From contig OZ059895.1 in the NCBI GenBank assembly GCA_964057225.1, forward strand, positions 7,378,001 to 7,442,000: 64,000 nt of DNA, given 5' to 3'. Shown here one piece after another: positions 43,211 through 56,100 of this stretch. How positions within the stretch are numbered: position 1 is the stretch's first letter; each line of letters starts with the position of its first letter. The position numbers and the translations under genes were made by a program. A model generated the notes under the pieces. The model worked only from the letters and a program-made list of their open reading frames with translations, did not search any database and was not told where the DNA came from. Source of the stretch: Auanema rhodensis. Its lineage: Eukaryota > Animalia > Nematoda.

Positions 43211-45951
43211 AAGCTTGTTAAGCAACAGAATGAGAACGTCTTAGAAAGTTCAGAAGAGATGATGAAGAATGAAATCAAGAAATCCCCCTCCTTATCATGA
43301 AATTGGGACTCATCTCGTTATCATCATTGAAATATATACATATAGTTTAATAAATATATATATATATATATGAAGATATACACAAGGTACTAACCACATT
43401 CACTCTTTTGTAACAACATTTCCAGAATAATAATGACAATGTTAGAGAAACATTATAGAAATTTGAGATGAAATAAGAGAAATAGATGAACTAAATGTGT
43501 AGTAAGTGAATGAGAAAGTTATATGAGAATAGCATAACATCCGAATAATGTCAATCTTTTCTCATTTATGCCTTCAGGCAATATATTTTAAATGAAAAGC
43601 AAGAAGCAAGCTTTTTAAAAGATGGCATCTACTGATATTTTCGATGTGCTTTTCTGACAACCTACACACACATATTCTCTTAAAGTTCATATACTATTTC
43701 TTTATTATAAGGAAGTATATTATATACTAAATGTATATAAATATTTACGATTAGCTTAGCATCATTATATTTGGCTTGGCAAATGATCAAAAACTTAAAG
43801 AGATAAGTTTAAAAATCAGATGAAAATACGTTAATTATTATAATTATATAGTTATATAGTTATATAGTTATATATATATATACATAGATATATATATTTT
43901 TATTTATTTATATATAGTCAAGTCTTTTCAATTTATAATTTTTGCTATCCATCAATCTAGCTAACCAATTAGCTCATACTGGCAAAATCACTTTCATCTG
44001 ATATCATTGAAGCTTAAAATTGTATATTCCACCACAATTTAACTTATTTTCCATCAAACATATAATTAATTAAACTAAAATAAAATCTTTTAAAAATAAA
44101 TTTTTTTCACTTATTCTATCTATTATACTTATAAAATGAAATGAAATTTATTAAGATTTTGATTATAATTTACTATGTGGAAACATCTGTAACCGATTGT
44201 ATTCCCTGACTATTTACATTCATTTATAACATAAGGACAAAAAATATAGTTAATGAATCATATAGTTAATATGCAGAACATGTTTCTTTCTATAATTTCA
44301 GTAGTTTATGACTGAAAATCATGTCAAGCTGATGTTCATGGGTCAGACGGGTGTGCCTATGCATATGTGCAACTCATCTGCCCTTATATACCGTAATCAA
44401 TCATTATATAGTCTGTTAGTTAAAATTCTGTCACATTTTCATGCTAACGACATGATGAGTGACTGAGATTCAATCAGATGAATGTAATGATCACCATGAT
44501 GGGGGTAATGTTGTGTGAGAGTACGAGATGATGAATATTATTGTCAAGAATTGAGAAAATAAAAAAAAATAATTGATGGATGATATCTAATTAAGATTTG
44601 TTAGCATTTATTTAAGCTGAACTTATGCATTATATATTATATTGATGTATATATAGTTAATACTAAATTATTATAATTTATTTTTGTAACTTCGTTTGAA
44701 CAAACGGCAGCAAAAGAGGGAAACGCTTCGGAATATATAATCAGATAATTTGCGTGTAAGGCATGATCATCTGTTTACAACTCATCTATCTCATTTTATC
44801 GAAATATATTTCATTTTCATCCTTTTTTTTCTGTTTCTCTATGTCACATTCATTATGTTTCAACTTCTCTCTCTATCTATCTTTCTCTCTAACTCATTCG
44901 TTTTCTTTTACTCTCTCTCTCTCTCTCTCTGAATCATCTAGTTGAACTCATTTCTATTTTCTGCTCTTTCATTTCAATCACAATTCTTCCTCATTTTCTG
45001 ATTTTTCATTGACTATACATACACATATATGTATGTAGATATCTAATGATTCAATTCAATTGTTTAACTATGCCAATTCATGTGATAGATGGCTTTCTGA
45101 ATATCTGATGGCTGTATCTGAAATCTGAGCATACGGGGCAACGACAATAATGACGATGATGAGGATCAAGACGAGGGAAACAAGTCATGAGTGGTAGCTA
45201 GCTGGCAGCAGATAAGAATGTACAAACGTTGATGGTTTAGTATGGTTTCAACGTTGTACATCTTGAACAATGCTCATAACAATCAGCTTACTGTATAGAT
45301 AACAGAGAAACATCATTCATTTTCATGTTTAATGATTTTTGAATTGTTTGATTTTGAAAAAAAAAATTAGAAAAATGAGTTGTTCCAGATGGTTTATTTC
45401 AATTTTAAGTTGACCATCTGAATTGAATTTTACATAAATTTGTCATTTTAGCTAAAAATTCAAATTATTAACAATTAAAATAGAAAATTAATTATATTAT
45501 ATAAAATTATCATATAGGATTACGGTAGTTGTAAGTTATAATTTGTTTTCATTACAAATTAAATAGATCAATTGAATAGAATAAAAGAGAAGATGAAAGA
45601 ATAAGAGAGAAAGAAGAAAGAACTCACATCGCAGAGGGCAAATCTCTCCCTCTCTCTCTTTCTCTCGTTCTCTCTCTCCCCCTTTATATCATTTTCATCT
45701 AATACCATAATTTGGCATGTATAGCTACTGTTAGTATAATAAAAAGAAAATAATTTGCTGAACTCTGAACGTATATATGTTTGAGTGAGTATGACAACGA
45801 TGACTTTCACATAAGCATATGGAAGGGTGACATGAAATGGCATGTTGTAGTTCTCATTCAAACTTCTATCTTTGAAAACCTAATAGTCTAATTGCCGATA
45901 ACCAGCTTTACATTATAGCTATTAGAAAAGACATAGCAATAGAAGAGAAAG

Positions 45952-45955
<4 letters not shown>

Positions 45956-46004
<49 letters not shown>
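45956..46004. repeat. (GA)n microsatellite followed by G10
   Basis: Direct reading. Confidence 0.95.
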
Positions 46005-49000
46005 AGAACAGAATCATATAAATCTGAACATTGACTTTCCGGGAAAATTGATTGAAGATGTTGATGATGCCATTCATTTAATATATTTCATTGTTTCAAT
46101 TGATGCTGATGACATGGAAAATGACACAACAGACTGTGTTGTGTATACGTGAAACGCCTTCTGTTAGCTTCTGCCTAACATCGTTTGATTGTTGCAGTGC
46201 CTCTCAAGTAGCACGTTGATTAACGTCATCAGGACATGAAGCAAGTACAGTCATAGCAGTCAGAAGGCCATATTACGGAATAATAGCTGTATGTATGAAT
46301 GTAATGTTGAGAGATATATGTATGTGTGTATGCGTATGTACCATATATAGAATACTAATGAGCTAAGAGCTCTGTTGTTATAATAACATCTAATCGAAAG
46401 AATGACGCCTTAATTTCTATCTATCATCTCTTGTTTCTCTTAACTACTACAAGCCTACAGAAGGCATAAGAAGAGCATTTTGAAGAAGAGCAGAAGGTTT
46501 GCTGTACATGGAGAGCATTGAGAGAATGGGAGAGATATACATAAAAGGAGAGAGAGAGATAGACAATGTAAGATTAGGAGAGAATGCTTGGATGGTATGA
46601 CTATGAGACATAAGGATGTCAGACAACACATGCATAACCTTATATAAATTCTATTTTTCTATCATCTTCCAGATACCCTCTCATTACCATTAACTATTCT
46701 CGTATAGTTAAGAGTATGGTATCTATAGAGAAATAGACATGTAAGAAAAGAGAAAAGAATTTAGAAGAAACATCCTGTTCACCATTTGATTAGACAAGCC
46801 TGCAATCTTGACTGTACCAGGTCAACCAGCTGGCGCTTCTATACTGGCATTCAGTTATAACTAAAGACATTAAGAAATGAAACAATAGGTGAGATAAGAA
46901 GAAACAGATCCAACTAAAGTAATGACAATGTGATGACCAAATGGATAATGAATTAAGTTATAAATAGTATAAGGATTGAGAAGGGGGGGGGGGGGGAGCA
47001 AATGAATGAATATATGTACATATATACGTATTGTAAAAGATATAATGTATCAAATCGAAATCTATAAATAAACTAATATAATAGGAAAAATTCTTTTTTT
47101 TTAATTTATATTATTATAATATTTCAATATTTCAATATTTATAAAAAATATTTAATGAAAGTAGTCGTAGGTTTTATAAGATTCTTTGCCTCCACACACT
47201 CACACACATACATACATATACAAAGATCAACCGGTCAACACGTGCTATCATGTAAGAATGAAATAATGAAATTTAAAATATTAAATTCACGTAAATACGT
47301 CAAATAATCAATAAAAATACATTATTTAATCCTTAAAGAGAGTCGTTAACAGTAGAATAAAGTATAATTAACTAATGATTATAATAGAATCAAGAAAAAT
47401 TGAAAAATAGATTTTTTTTTACAAAAAAAAATGAAAAATAAACAACGAATTAAGATTCAACTGACGATGTTTTTCACCAACACAGAAAGCAATGAATCCA
47501 TAAAAATGCAGAACAAAAGTCATTATTTTTCGGTTTTTTCTATATTATAGAGAAGAGAGAACTTTACATACATTTATGTTTTCCTGTATTCTTATTTATA
47601 AAAAAAATTCTGAAGTAAACAAATAAATTTCTTTTCTCAATAGACTTATTTATATTAATTATACAGTACAGTACTTATGATACAGTCAGTTAATTCGGTT
47701 ACTGTAGTGCGATTACAAACATAATATTGTCCGTTCTGTTGACAGTACTTCGTACAAATGTATGTTTCAAATAGGAATAAAAACGAAAACTAGGAAAAGG
47801 AGAATTTTATTATTCTCGTCAAAGTCTTTATATATAACTATATAACTATATGATATTAACTTTATATAACTAAGTGAAGTTTATTCAATAATATCTTTTC
47901 CTGTTACTTTCAATTAATCAATGGTTTTACAATCAATAGATCTATCTTTTTCCTCATATTATATCCAGCCAAAAGCTTCAATTTATCTTCAATTGAAATG
48001 ATGCTATTTATGATTAAGCGGTAAAAGATATTACTCTCTCATTTTCAAATTCTATTTATCGGAGATCTTTTTGAAAATCGTTTTTTCCGGTATTTCTGAT
48101 CTCTTCTGTTAGTTAGTGTCAGTTTGAGCAGTTAAATCAGAGATTAAAAAACTCTGTTGAAAAGACATTATTAGACAAATGAATGTGTATATGTGTATGT
48201 ATAAAAGAATATGAGAATTAGAGGGAGAGATAGAGGTGAAATTTAAGGTAAAACTTACAGAAAGCTAAGAAGAGAGATGAAGAAAGAGATAGAGAGAAGT
48301 GTAGAGAGAAAGATGGAGAGAGAGAAAGGCAGAGAGAGAGAGAGAAAGAGAAAAGAATGAGCGGAAAATCCTCATCTTTTTCTATCTACCGTCAGTCGTC
48401 GTCAGCCAGTCGTCATAAATCTCATTCAGATATTCCACTTCAGCTCTTATTGTTACTTTTCTTCAAAATTTTGTTGCAATCTCTGTTTCTCTCATCAAAT
48501 CATATGATCTATCTCATGTTCTCATTATCTTCATTCTCTTTATCTCTTAACAGACGCAATGTATTCTACAACAGAATGCTCTTCATATCCTTCTCACACA
48601 TACACCACCTTCACCACTCATTCTTCTATATTCCGACGTCCACAGAGAGCAACAACTGTTTCATCTTAATCTTCATCTACTGTCTTTTTTCTGGCGAACT
48701 ATCTAATATTCTCTTCATTTCAAATAATATTTCCAATATATCTCTAAGCTCTCTATAATATATTAAATATAAATCTAATATTTTCATTTCTATCACTCTC
48801 TTACAATCATATTATCTTTTTTTTTTCTCGACTAATCGTCCTATTCGACAATCTTTTAGATGCCAGATGACAAATTCTGTCATAATATTTCTATCTTTAT
48901 ATCTTTTTCATCTCTCATAATTCTATGAAGACTCTCTGTTCAACATTCATTCGTCCTCCCACCCCTTCTGAGCTTTCCTTTTCATCATCTGGTCATAAAG

Positions 49001-51119
49001 GATTACGGTAATAAGAGGAGGAGATGGGAGGGGGTAAGAAATAGGCTATTGCGGTAGATATGGTTGAATGAATATATAGATATAAATAGATAAATATAGA
49101 TAAATAAAAACATAAATCTATTAAGAAAAACATTGTCCACACTATTTAAGAGAGAGAGAGAGAGAGAGAGAAACATGTGTATGAGAATATGAAGAAAATC
49201 AGAGAAAATTAAAAAAAAAAATAGAGAGAAAGAAAAAAAAAGTAAAAAGCATTAATTGGAGAAAGGATTATAGAGAATGAAATAATTTTTTCTGATTTCT
49301 TTAAAATATTTGCAACTTATACATCTTCAAAAAGCAAAATGAAAAGACATAACATGATCGTGATGCATACATGGTCAATCTGATGGCAATTGAATGAGGT
49401 CAGCAGCACAAATGTCAGTCCTTTTATAGTATTTTAAGAACAAAAAAATATTTTGAAAGCTTGATTATTGCTATTTGATTATTCAGACTTCATCGTTTGT
49501 GCTTTAGGACTTGTCAGCAACATCATTACCGTTTAGCATGTAAAGAACATGAGTCGCATTGATCTTAATTGTTTTCTGGAAAGCAATCATTTAGGCATTT
49601 CCTCAAAAAAAATTAATCTAGAGTATAAGAAGAGCAAAGAGAATTGAAAACTTCAAAAATCAACAGTCATTCCCAATTGCACAGGAGCATGAGAAGTTAG
49701 GTTGAAAGCTTATGCTCCAAATACGCGATGCAGTGAATTCATTGCAATAACCTTGGAAAATATTTTAATTATAGTCAATCAGTATATATTGGTTGTCATC
49801 GTCCAAGAATTTGATGAAAGACGACGTATAACATTTAGCATAACGTTTTCAATCCGTATGAAGCAATAAGAGGCAGAAGAAGCACAGAATTTTCTGATAA
49901 TTCAGAATCATTCTTCATCTTCTTCATTAACATTAAAATGATAAATATAAAAACATATAGTATAGATTATAATTATGAATAACTATATAAAGAAAATAAC
50001 AATAATTGTTATTTTATGTGAAACTTACATGAAAAACAGTTATTCTATGAAATGAATTACAAAGAATTATTTTAAAGGTGTAAAGTACGGAAATATATTT
50101 GAAGAGTAAATTATTGAAAAAGAAATGTACAACGTCAACTGACAAAAAGTTGTAAAAAATCAAATCATATTATCCAGAAATGAAAGAAAAAATTGAAAAC
50201 ATCGATTAAAAAGACTTTAAAATTCGAATATAAAAAACAGAAAAATGAAAGAAAAACAAAGCTATAATTAATGATTAATTTCAAATAAATCTTCATTTTG
50301 ATTATTGAACAAGCAGAGATTTCGTAAAAAAAAAGGCGGACATTGAGGAAGAATAAAAAGATTCAAGAGATGAACTTGTTCGACTTCAGAAGGTACAAGT
50401 TCAGTTATTTCTTCTTGAATATACAGAATCAGAGAGAACGACTAGAGAAGTGGAAGAGCGTGAGAGAATGAAGAAAAGATTTGTTGATAATGATTTTGAC
50501 AGACAAGGTATTGGAATTAAGAATGGTTAGAATGATTAAGTTTTTTAATAAAACTTTGAATATTTAAATAGAAAAGAAAGAAAAATAAACTTTGTTGATT
50601 CATAAAGAAATATTACGGCAATCAAAATGCTTTGACTTCTTTAAAGGTGAAGAAAAAAACGAAAAGAAATGAAGACAAACTTCATGCTGGATGAGATGAA
50701 GAAGCTGAAAACCTTCTGTTCAAGCTGTCTGTCTCTGTGTGTATGTTAGTTGAGGAAAAGAAAGAAAAATGAGTTGTTGCCCCAGGCAAAACAAGACAAA
50801 AGGTAGGATTGAGATGAGTTGTCGAAATGATAATTGCTAAGAACTTGATGTTATAGAAGCATAGTTAAGTGAAATATTTAGATAAGATATTGCCTTAATC
50901 AAATTTATAATTATATGTAATGGTTATGAGTATAGAAAGTTATATGAAATAGAAATTACGCCATAGTACATGAAAAGGATACGGTAGGAGCAGCATTAAA
51001 GCATAATGTAATAGCAGATTGAATGAATAAAAGTAATAATGAATAAAATGAAAATATATTGTTAGATAGATGAAGAATATGCTAATTATAATGAATATTC
51101 TATATAGTTTACCGCAAAT

Positions 51120-51891
51120 AGGAAAGTCTATTCTTGAGGATAGTGCCTGGGGACAGAGAAAGATGAAGATCGCGAGGAAGGATCAATGACTGATTAGGCT
51201 ATAGGATGCGGCCGATGAAGAAAGGCAAAGAAGCACCAGGTTGGTGAGATGGATGATTGAGCTGCTGCTTCTTCCTTATCTTCTGTTTCTATATTTCTCT
51301 TTCGCTTCTCTCATTCTCACCTCTCTGCATTCTCTCTCACTGTGAATTTTGAGTAATTGTTGAAGAAGAAGTAACAACAGACAACCATAAGCCGACGGAT
51401 GAGAACGCGGAGCCTGTGTGACCGGAATAGCTCCGCGAAGAAGAACACAGTTGGCCGGAACGTGATCGTAAACGACCAAGTGCCATCAGGTCCTTGTTTT
51501 CATATAATAGAAAATAAAGAAATACAAATGAAAATAGGAAGGCGGTAACATAAAGAGACAAATGAGAACTATAACGACGAGTATAAGGTGGCTTGCAACA
51601 GAAGAATTTTCACAACAACCGTTTTGTGGTTATGAATGGCATAATGGAAAATGCTAATGATGTCGGCAGTTTGTGACGTGAAGCACGTGAACAACGTGAA
51701 CAGTTTGAAACGCAATGATCTCTTAAGTTACAATAATAATTGGAAAAATGTAAATAGATTTTCATAACTAATACAACAAATAATTTATATTTTGTTTAAA
51801 ATATAAACATCTAAGTTATAATTCTATAAAATATTTTGATATCATATCTTCCTTTTCTTTCCTTCTCTCTCACTTTATCTACGTGGTTATG

Positions 51892-51938
<47 letters not shown>

Positions 51939-52960
51939 TCTCTTCATCTCTTTTTCCCTGCTTAATGATTTTATTCATCCTATCTCTCGATCATAAAAAA
52001 ATATTCAAATAGCTGAACGGTCATAAGATTGACCTGAAAGATGTCTGCTCACCATATCATCGGCTCAATAACTTCCTGTATAGCAAGCTATTGAGCTTTT
52101 GAAGCATTTAGTTTCCGTACAAGCTCCAAGTATCAATTCATTCATGGGGCTGAAACAGTCTCTGGTCAGACTTGCCAGTTCTGACAGGCCAAGAAAAATG
52201 AAAAATGCCAATAGCCTGCTGACCTGTATCATGAACATAGAGAAACGGAATAACTGAAGAAGAGGAAGATACAAGGACTGCAATACACAAAGAACAGTTG
52301 AAAGGGGATTGTTGCGCAGAAATCAAAACGGAATGTAAACCAGCGATAACATAACGTCAGCAAGATGTACTAGCAATAGAGGGCAATAAACGATAGTCAA
52401 GCCTTTTCCGGCTTTTTCTTCTTTTTCTCTTTTTATCCTTTTATTCTCAAAATTACATTCTATTTGATGATGCATCAATAAAAGTCTAATGTTTCATGTA
52501 TTCTAGGGACTCATCACCACTTCAATCTCTGTCTATCTAATTCATTAAAATGTATTTCCATCGACGTCTTCTCATTGTCATTGAAATCATGAATTTCATC
52601 TTTCTTTTCTAGCTCTCACTCATTTTCTTTTTACTAACAATCTCACACTCTCTCTCTCTCTCTTACTCTCTCTCTCCCTCTTACTCTTTGATATGCACAT
52701 TTTCTATATATATTATGTCTAATCGGCTGTCCATTTAAAGCAAAGGTTCATCGTCTTGCTCTCATTATCGCTATCAGCCGTCATCTTCAGCTTCTCTTAT
52801 TGAGGCGCTTCATTTTAATTTCCGCAATAAGCCCTTCAGACTCACCGCCAGCTTCTAGTTGCCGTCAGCTGCTCTTCGTCTTCAACACCAAAATAGTCAT
52901 TTACTTGTACAAATGCCTTAAAAGCTCATCAGGGACCAACAAACTGATCTTCACATATTA
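51120..52960 (-). pseudogene. Decayed Flamingo/CELSR (fmi-1-like) relic, segment A: post-cadherin region, EGF1-2 and laminin-G1
   Basis: Collinear minus-strand fragments with stops and frameshifts: EDQFVGP**AFKAF (~52950), LTLCYRWFTFRFDFCATIP (~52340), AIGIFHFSWP and RDCFSPMNELILGACTETKCFKSSIAC (52215-52085), ENK/PDGTW (LamG DG.W, ~51490), KIHSERECRE (~51335), PTWCFFAFLH (~51235), LHLSLSPGT (~51150). They match, in order, my recollection of C. elegans FMI-1 (DDFWDPLVFQRF; TLLQVEVIRDESCANEP; TFVCECP..GDCDTRIDEC; ENRINDGEW; KLNLEKKCED; PTVPCYRYLD; LFLGGRPGT). Not computed. Confidence 0.55.
51895..51933. repeat. (TC)n microsatellite
   Basis: Direct reading. Confidence 0.95.
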
Positions 52961-53199
52961 ATAAGCGTTCTACCTAATATAGTTCAAGAAGTATCATATG
53001 TGAAGAAGAAAAGAAAACATAAGGGGGAGGGAGTATAATACATACAGATCTACATCACACAATTTCTCTTGAGGAAGAAACAATTATAAGTTATTGAAAA
53101 TAGTGAAATGAAGAAAAATCAAATATATAGAAAGAAATCTTAAATATCAAATAGGTTTTGGAAAATATCGCAAATGATAGCAATGTTAGCTGCCAGATG

Positions 53200-56100
53200 A
53201 AGCACATATTGGAATCGTACTTCTTCTTGTCAGGGTGGTCAGATCATCAGGGTCCTCCTTCGTATGTCTGTCCGTGTCATCCGATTCCTCTTTAGCAGAC
53301 GCTTTAGGTCATATAGACCATCAAAACCTATAAGCCACGACTCATCTTCGACCATCACAACTCACGCTTCCCGTTTCAGTTCCCACGCTCTCAACGATAT
53401 ATCCGATAGCTTATTACATGAGTAGTTTAACCCTTCGTTTGTCATGCCGCGTTCACTATTAACTTAAGAATCTTCTGACAGATGAGGTTTCGGTCTGGTC
53501 GGCAATAAGAGGACCAGCACCTTTTCACAGCTAATGCCTTAAGCTCTTCCCATGTAATTCTTATTCCATTTTTCTCGTCAAACTAAGCCTTATATGTATG
53601 TGGAGTACTTTCTACACAATAATTTATTTATACTGGAGCATAAACATCACGAGGCTGTAAGGTATGTTGCGTTCGAAAGGAGAAATAATTAACAGGAAGC
53701 TAAATAAGAAACAAGAAAAAATAGATCAGAAAATAATTAAGATAACTGACAAAACTCAAAACAATAAGGGAAGGGAGAGAGATAAAAAAAGGGAGGGAGG
53801 GATGGAGGGAGAGAGAGACAGAGATAGAGCAACACTCGCAACATTAACATCACAGAAGAAAAAAATAGATTAAAAGGATATATTTCCATCTTGAAGCCAT
53901 TAGCCAGTCTCAATGCAATCAATGCACAATTGTTACAGTTCCCGAGGTGGCAGATGGGTTAAGACAGGAATGTTCCTCACATGTCGACACGAACTTGGAA
54001 TTTTAGAATAGAGGCAAACAATCCACATGCTTAGCCGAAAAACCTCAGATACCATCTCTCCGTCGATCCAAGAAGGAGAAGAAGTTTGAAATTAAGTTAG
54101 AAAAAAAATAAAAAACAGAAGCTGATTAATATTGCAGAAAACTGTGAAAAGGTACAGAAGTATAAACCACAGTGATATGAAAGATTCAGCAAGAAGCAAA
54201 CAAGGAACGACGGAAAATTTGCAACTGAATGAATGAACGGCAACAATCCTAAGGAACGTCTACTGAGGAGAATTAAGAAGTCGCTCGATGGCGGCGTTGA
54301 TGTCACCGAAAGTGGCACGTAGAGCTACAAGTTATTTTTTTTTATTGAATTTAAATAGTTCACCTACCGGCAATATTTTGGGCACGGTTGCCGAATCCCA
54401 TATTTGACAACTGTTCTAGCTGAGAAGCATAAAGTTCTTCTGGATTTTGGTTCTGAAAATAACAGAGATAACAATAAAATAATTTGAATCAGTAAACAAC
54501 ATTATTTTCTGTTAATGAGCTAAATAACGATCTATCCATCTCTCTCAAACTTAGTTTCTTTTAACCTTTTCCTCTCTTATTCTCTAACTGACAGAACCTA
54601 TCCATTGATCTAAACATGATTGCGCAACGGAGGCAGCTGACAGACACAGTATAAGCAGCATAAACGCTCATAAATTACAATTAAGTTGACTTCCATACTC
54701 TTCTCATCTTATCTGAATTGACTACCCAATTTCCAATAAAATCTTATTAAATGGCTCATCCACTTTCCATCTATTGCTTAGATGCACCTTATGTGACAAG
54801 CCATTGACAGATGAGCGAGCGGCATCTCACCTCCTCAAAACAGTCGGACAGTTGCCAGAAACAAAGAAAGCACTTGTTGCAGCAATACAAGGAAAGATTC
54901 AGCCGACAAACATTAGCAACACCTGACGAAGTTAAGACTTCGTCATTATTTCATATGCGATTATTCATTGTATGGTTTCGGAACACGTCATTGCAATTTC
55001 TAAAACAGCCTATTTGCGGTGATTCTTTTATGTTCATACAGAAGTCTTTCCGACGAACACTTCGAATATTGAATATCTTACGTCATATTTGCTGAGAAAT
55101 ATTTTCCACATTTTGATATTTCTCTGAAAGTTTATAGAAAACATTGTCTAGATTCAGATGGCCGTAAAGATTGAATATCAGCAGTAATCGTCATCGAATT
55201 TTGAATAACAAACTCCGGATAGTTACACTCAGGCCAAACGCGCCAAACGGTTGCAAAGCCAACAAATCATCCAAGCACATGTCGAAATGATCACCCTACA
55301 TTCTCTTCTTACACCGTTCTTCCTCCAACTGGCAACAATGTCAGAACCCAGAGAACAAGAGAGCCAAGCACATTTTGTGTTGCAACCATAAAATTGCGGA
55401 AAATTAATGAGAAGCGGATTCGATGAACAAAAACGAGGCTCCTCAGTTTGCAACACCCGGAATTCATAAAACGAAACGAGCGATAAAGAGATTTTGAGCA
55501 CTTAGGGTAACTTATCGTTTTGGGGACGAGCAGTGTGTCCATTAAATGTGAAAGCACAAGTAAACGACTGTACGATAGAGTCACCAAGACACAACTCAAA
55601 GCGAAAACACGGATACAATAATTCCTTCAAAGATATAATAGGTCTTTAATGAATTTTGCCTATATGTGTCTCTAAACGAGTATCTATTAACCATATATTC
55701 TAGCACAATTGCTTATACATGTAAATTGAACGCTTGATGGCTATAACATCTCTGATTATTTCCGGAATTGGCTGTAATACATCCCGCTCCACAGATCCAT
55801 CTATCTGATGTGCAATCATGCCCAAATCGTAATATTCTTTGTGGGCCTATTGAAACGACCAGAACCCTCATATAAATAGCAGATGCCCAGGCGATATATA
55901 ATAATAAAACGGCGGCTGCCCCCAGAAAGCAACAGACAATATTGAGAATGGAATTCACAACGTAACAACACAGGGGCAAAATCTAATTAAAACTATTGAA
56001 TCTGATCATGTTTCATAACTGTATTGCATTGAACAATATGACTATCAATCAGAAAGTGCTCAAACAAAACTGCTAGTCCACATATGAACTATGCCAGTAT

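Larger units (their letters stand above)
17411..51000. promoter_or_regulatory. Gene desert / putative cis-regulatory landscape upstream of sem-4
   Basis: No spliceable coding exons recognised in ~34 kb. Alternating (GA)n, AT-rich and GC-richer motif-dense islands. Large regulatory regions are typical of developmental transcription factor genes. Confidence 0.6.

Noticed and set aside
3228-48758. Dozens of 60-170 aa ORFs rich in SLSLSL, RERERE, poly-M/S/H or F/I/L
   Set aside because: Translations of (GA)n, (CAT)n and T-rich tracts; no splice support or recognisable domains.
51455-51500. LGRLRS as an FMI-1 tail match
   Set aside because: An overlapping frame gives the LamG-type ENK/PDGTW, which is collinear with neighbouring fragments; the tail-like match lies at ~53290.
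53440-53560. ITWEELKALA read as a retroelement Gag/RTE remnant
   Set aside because: No other retroelement motif, LTR or TSD; the interval fits the Flamingo relic tail region better.
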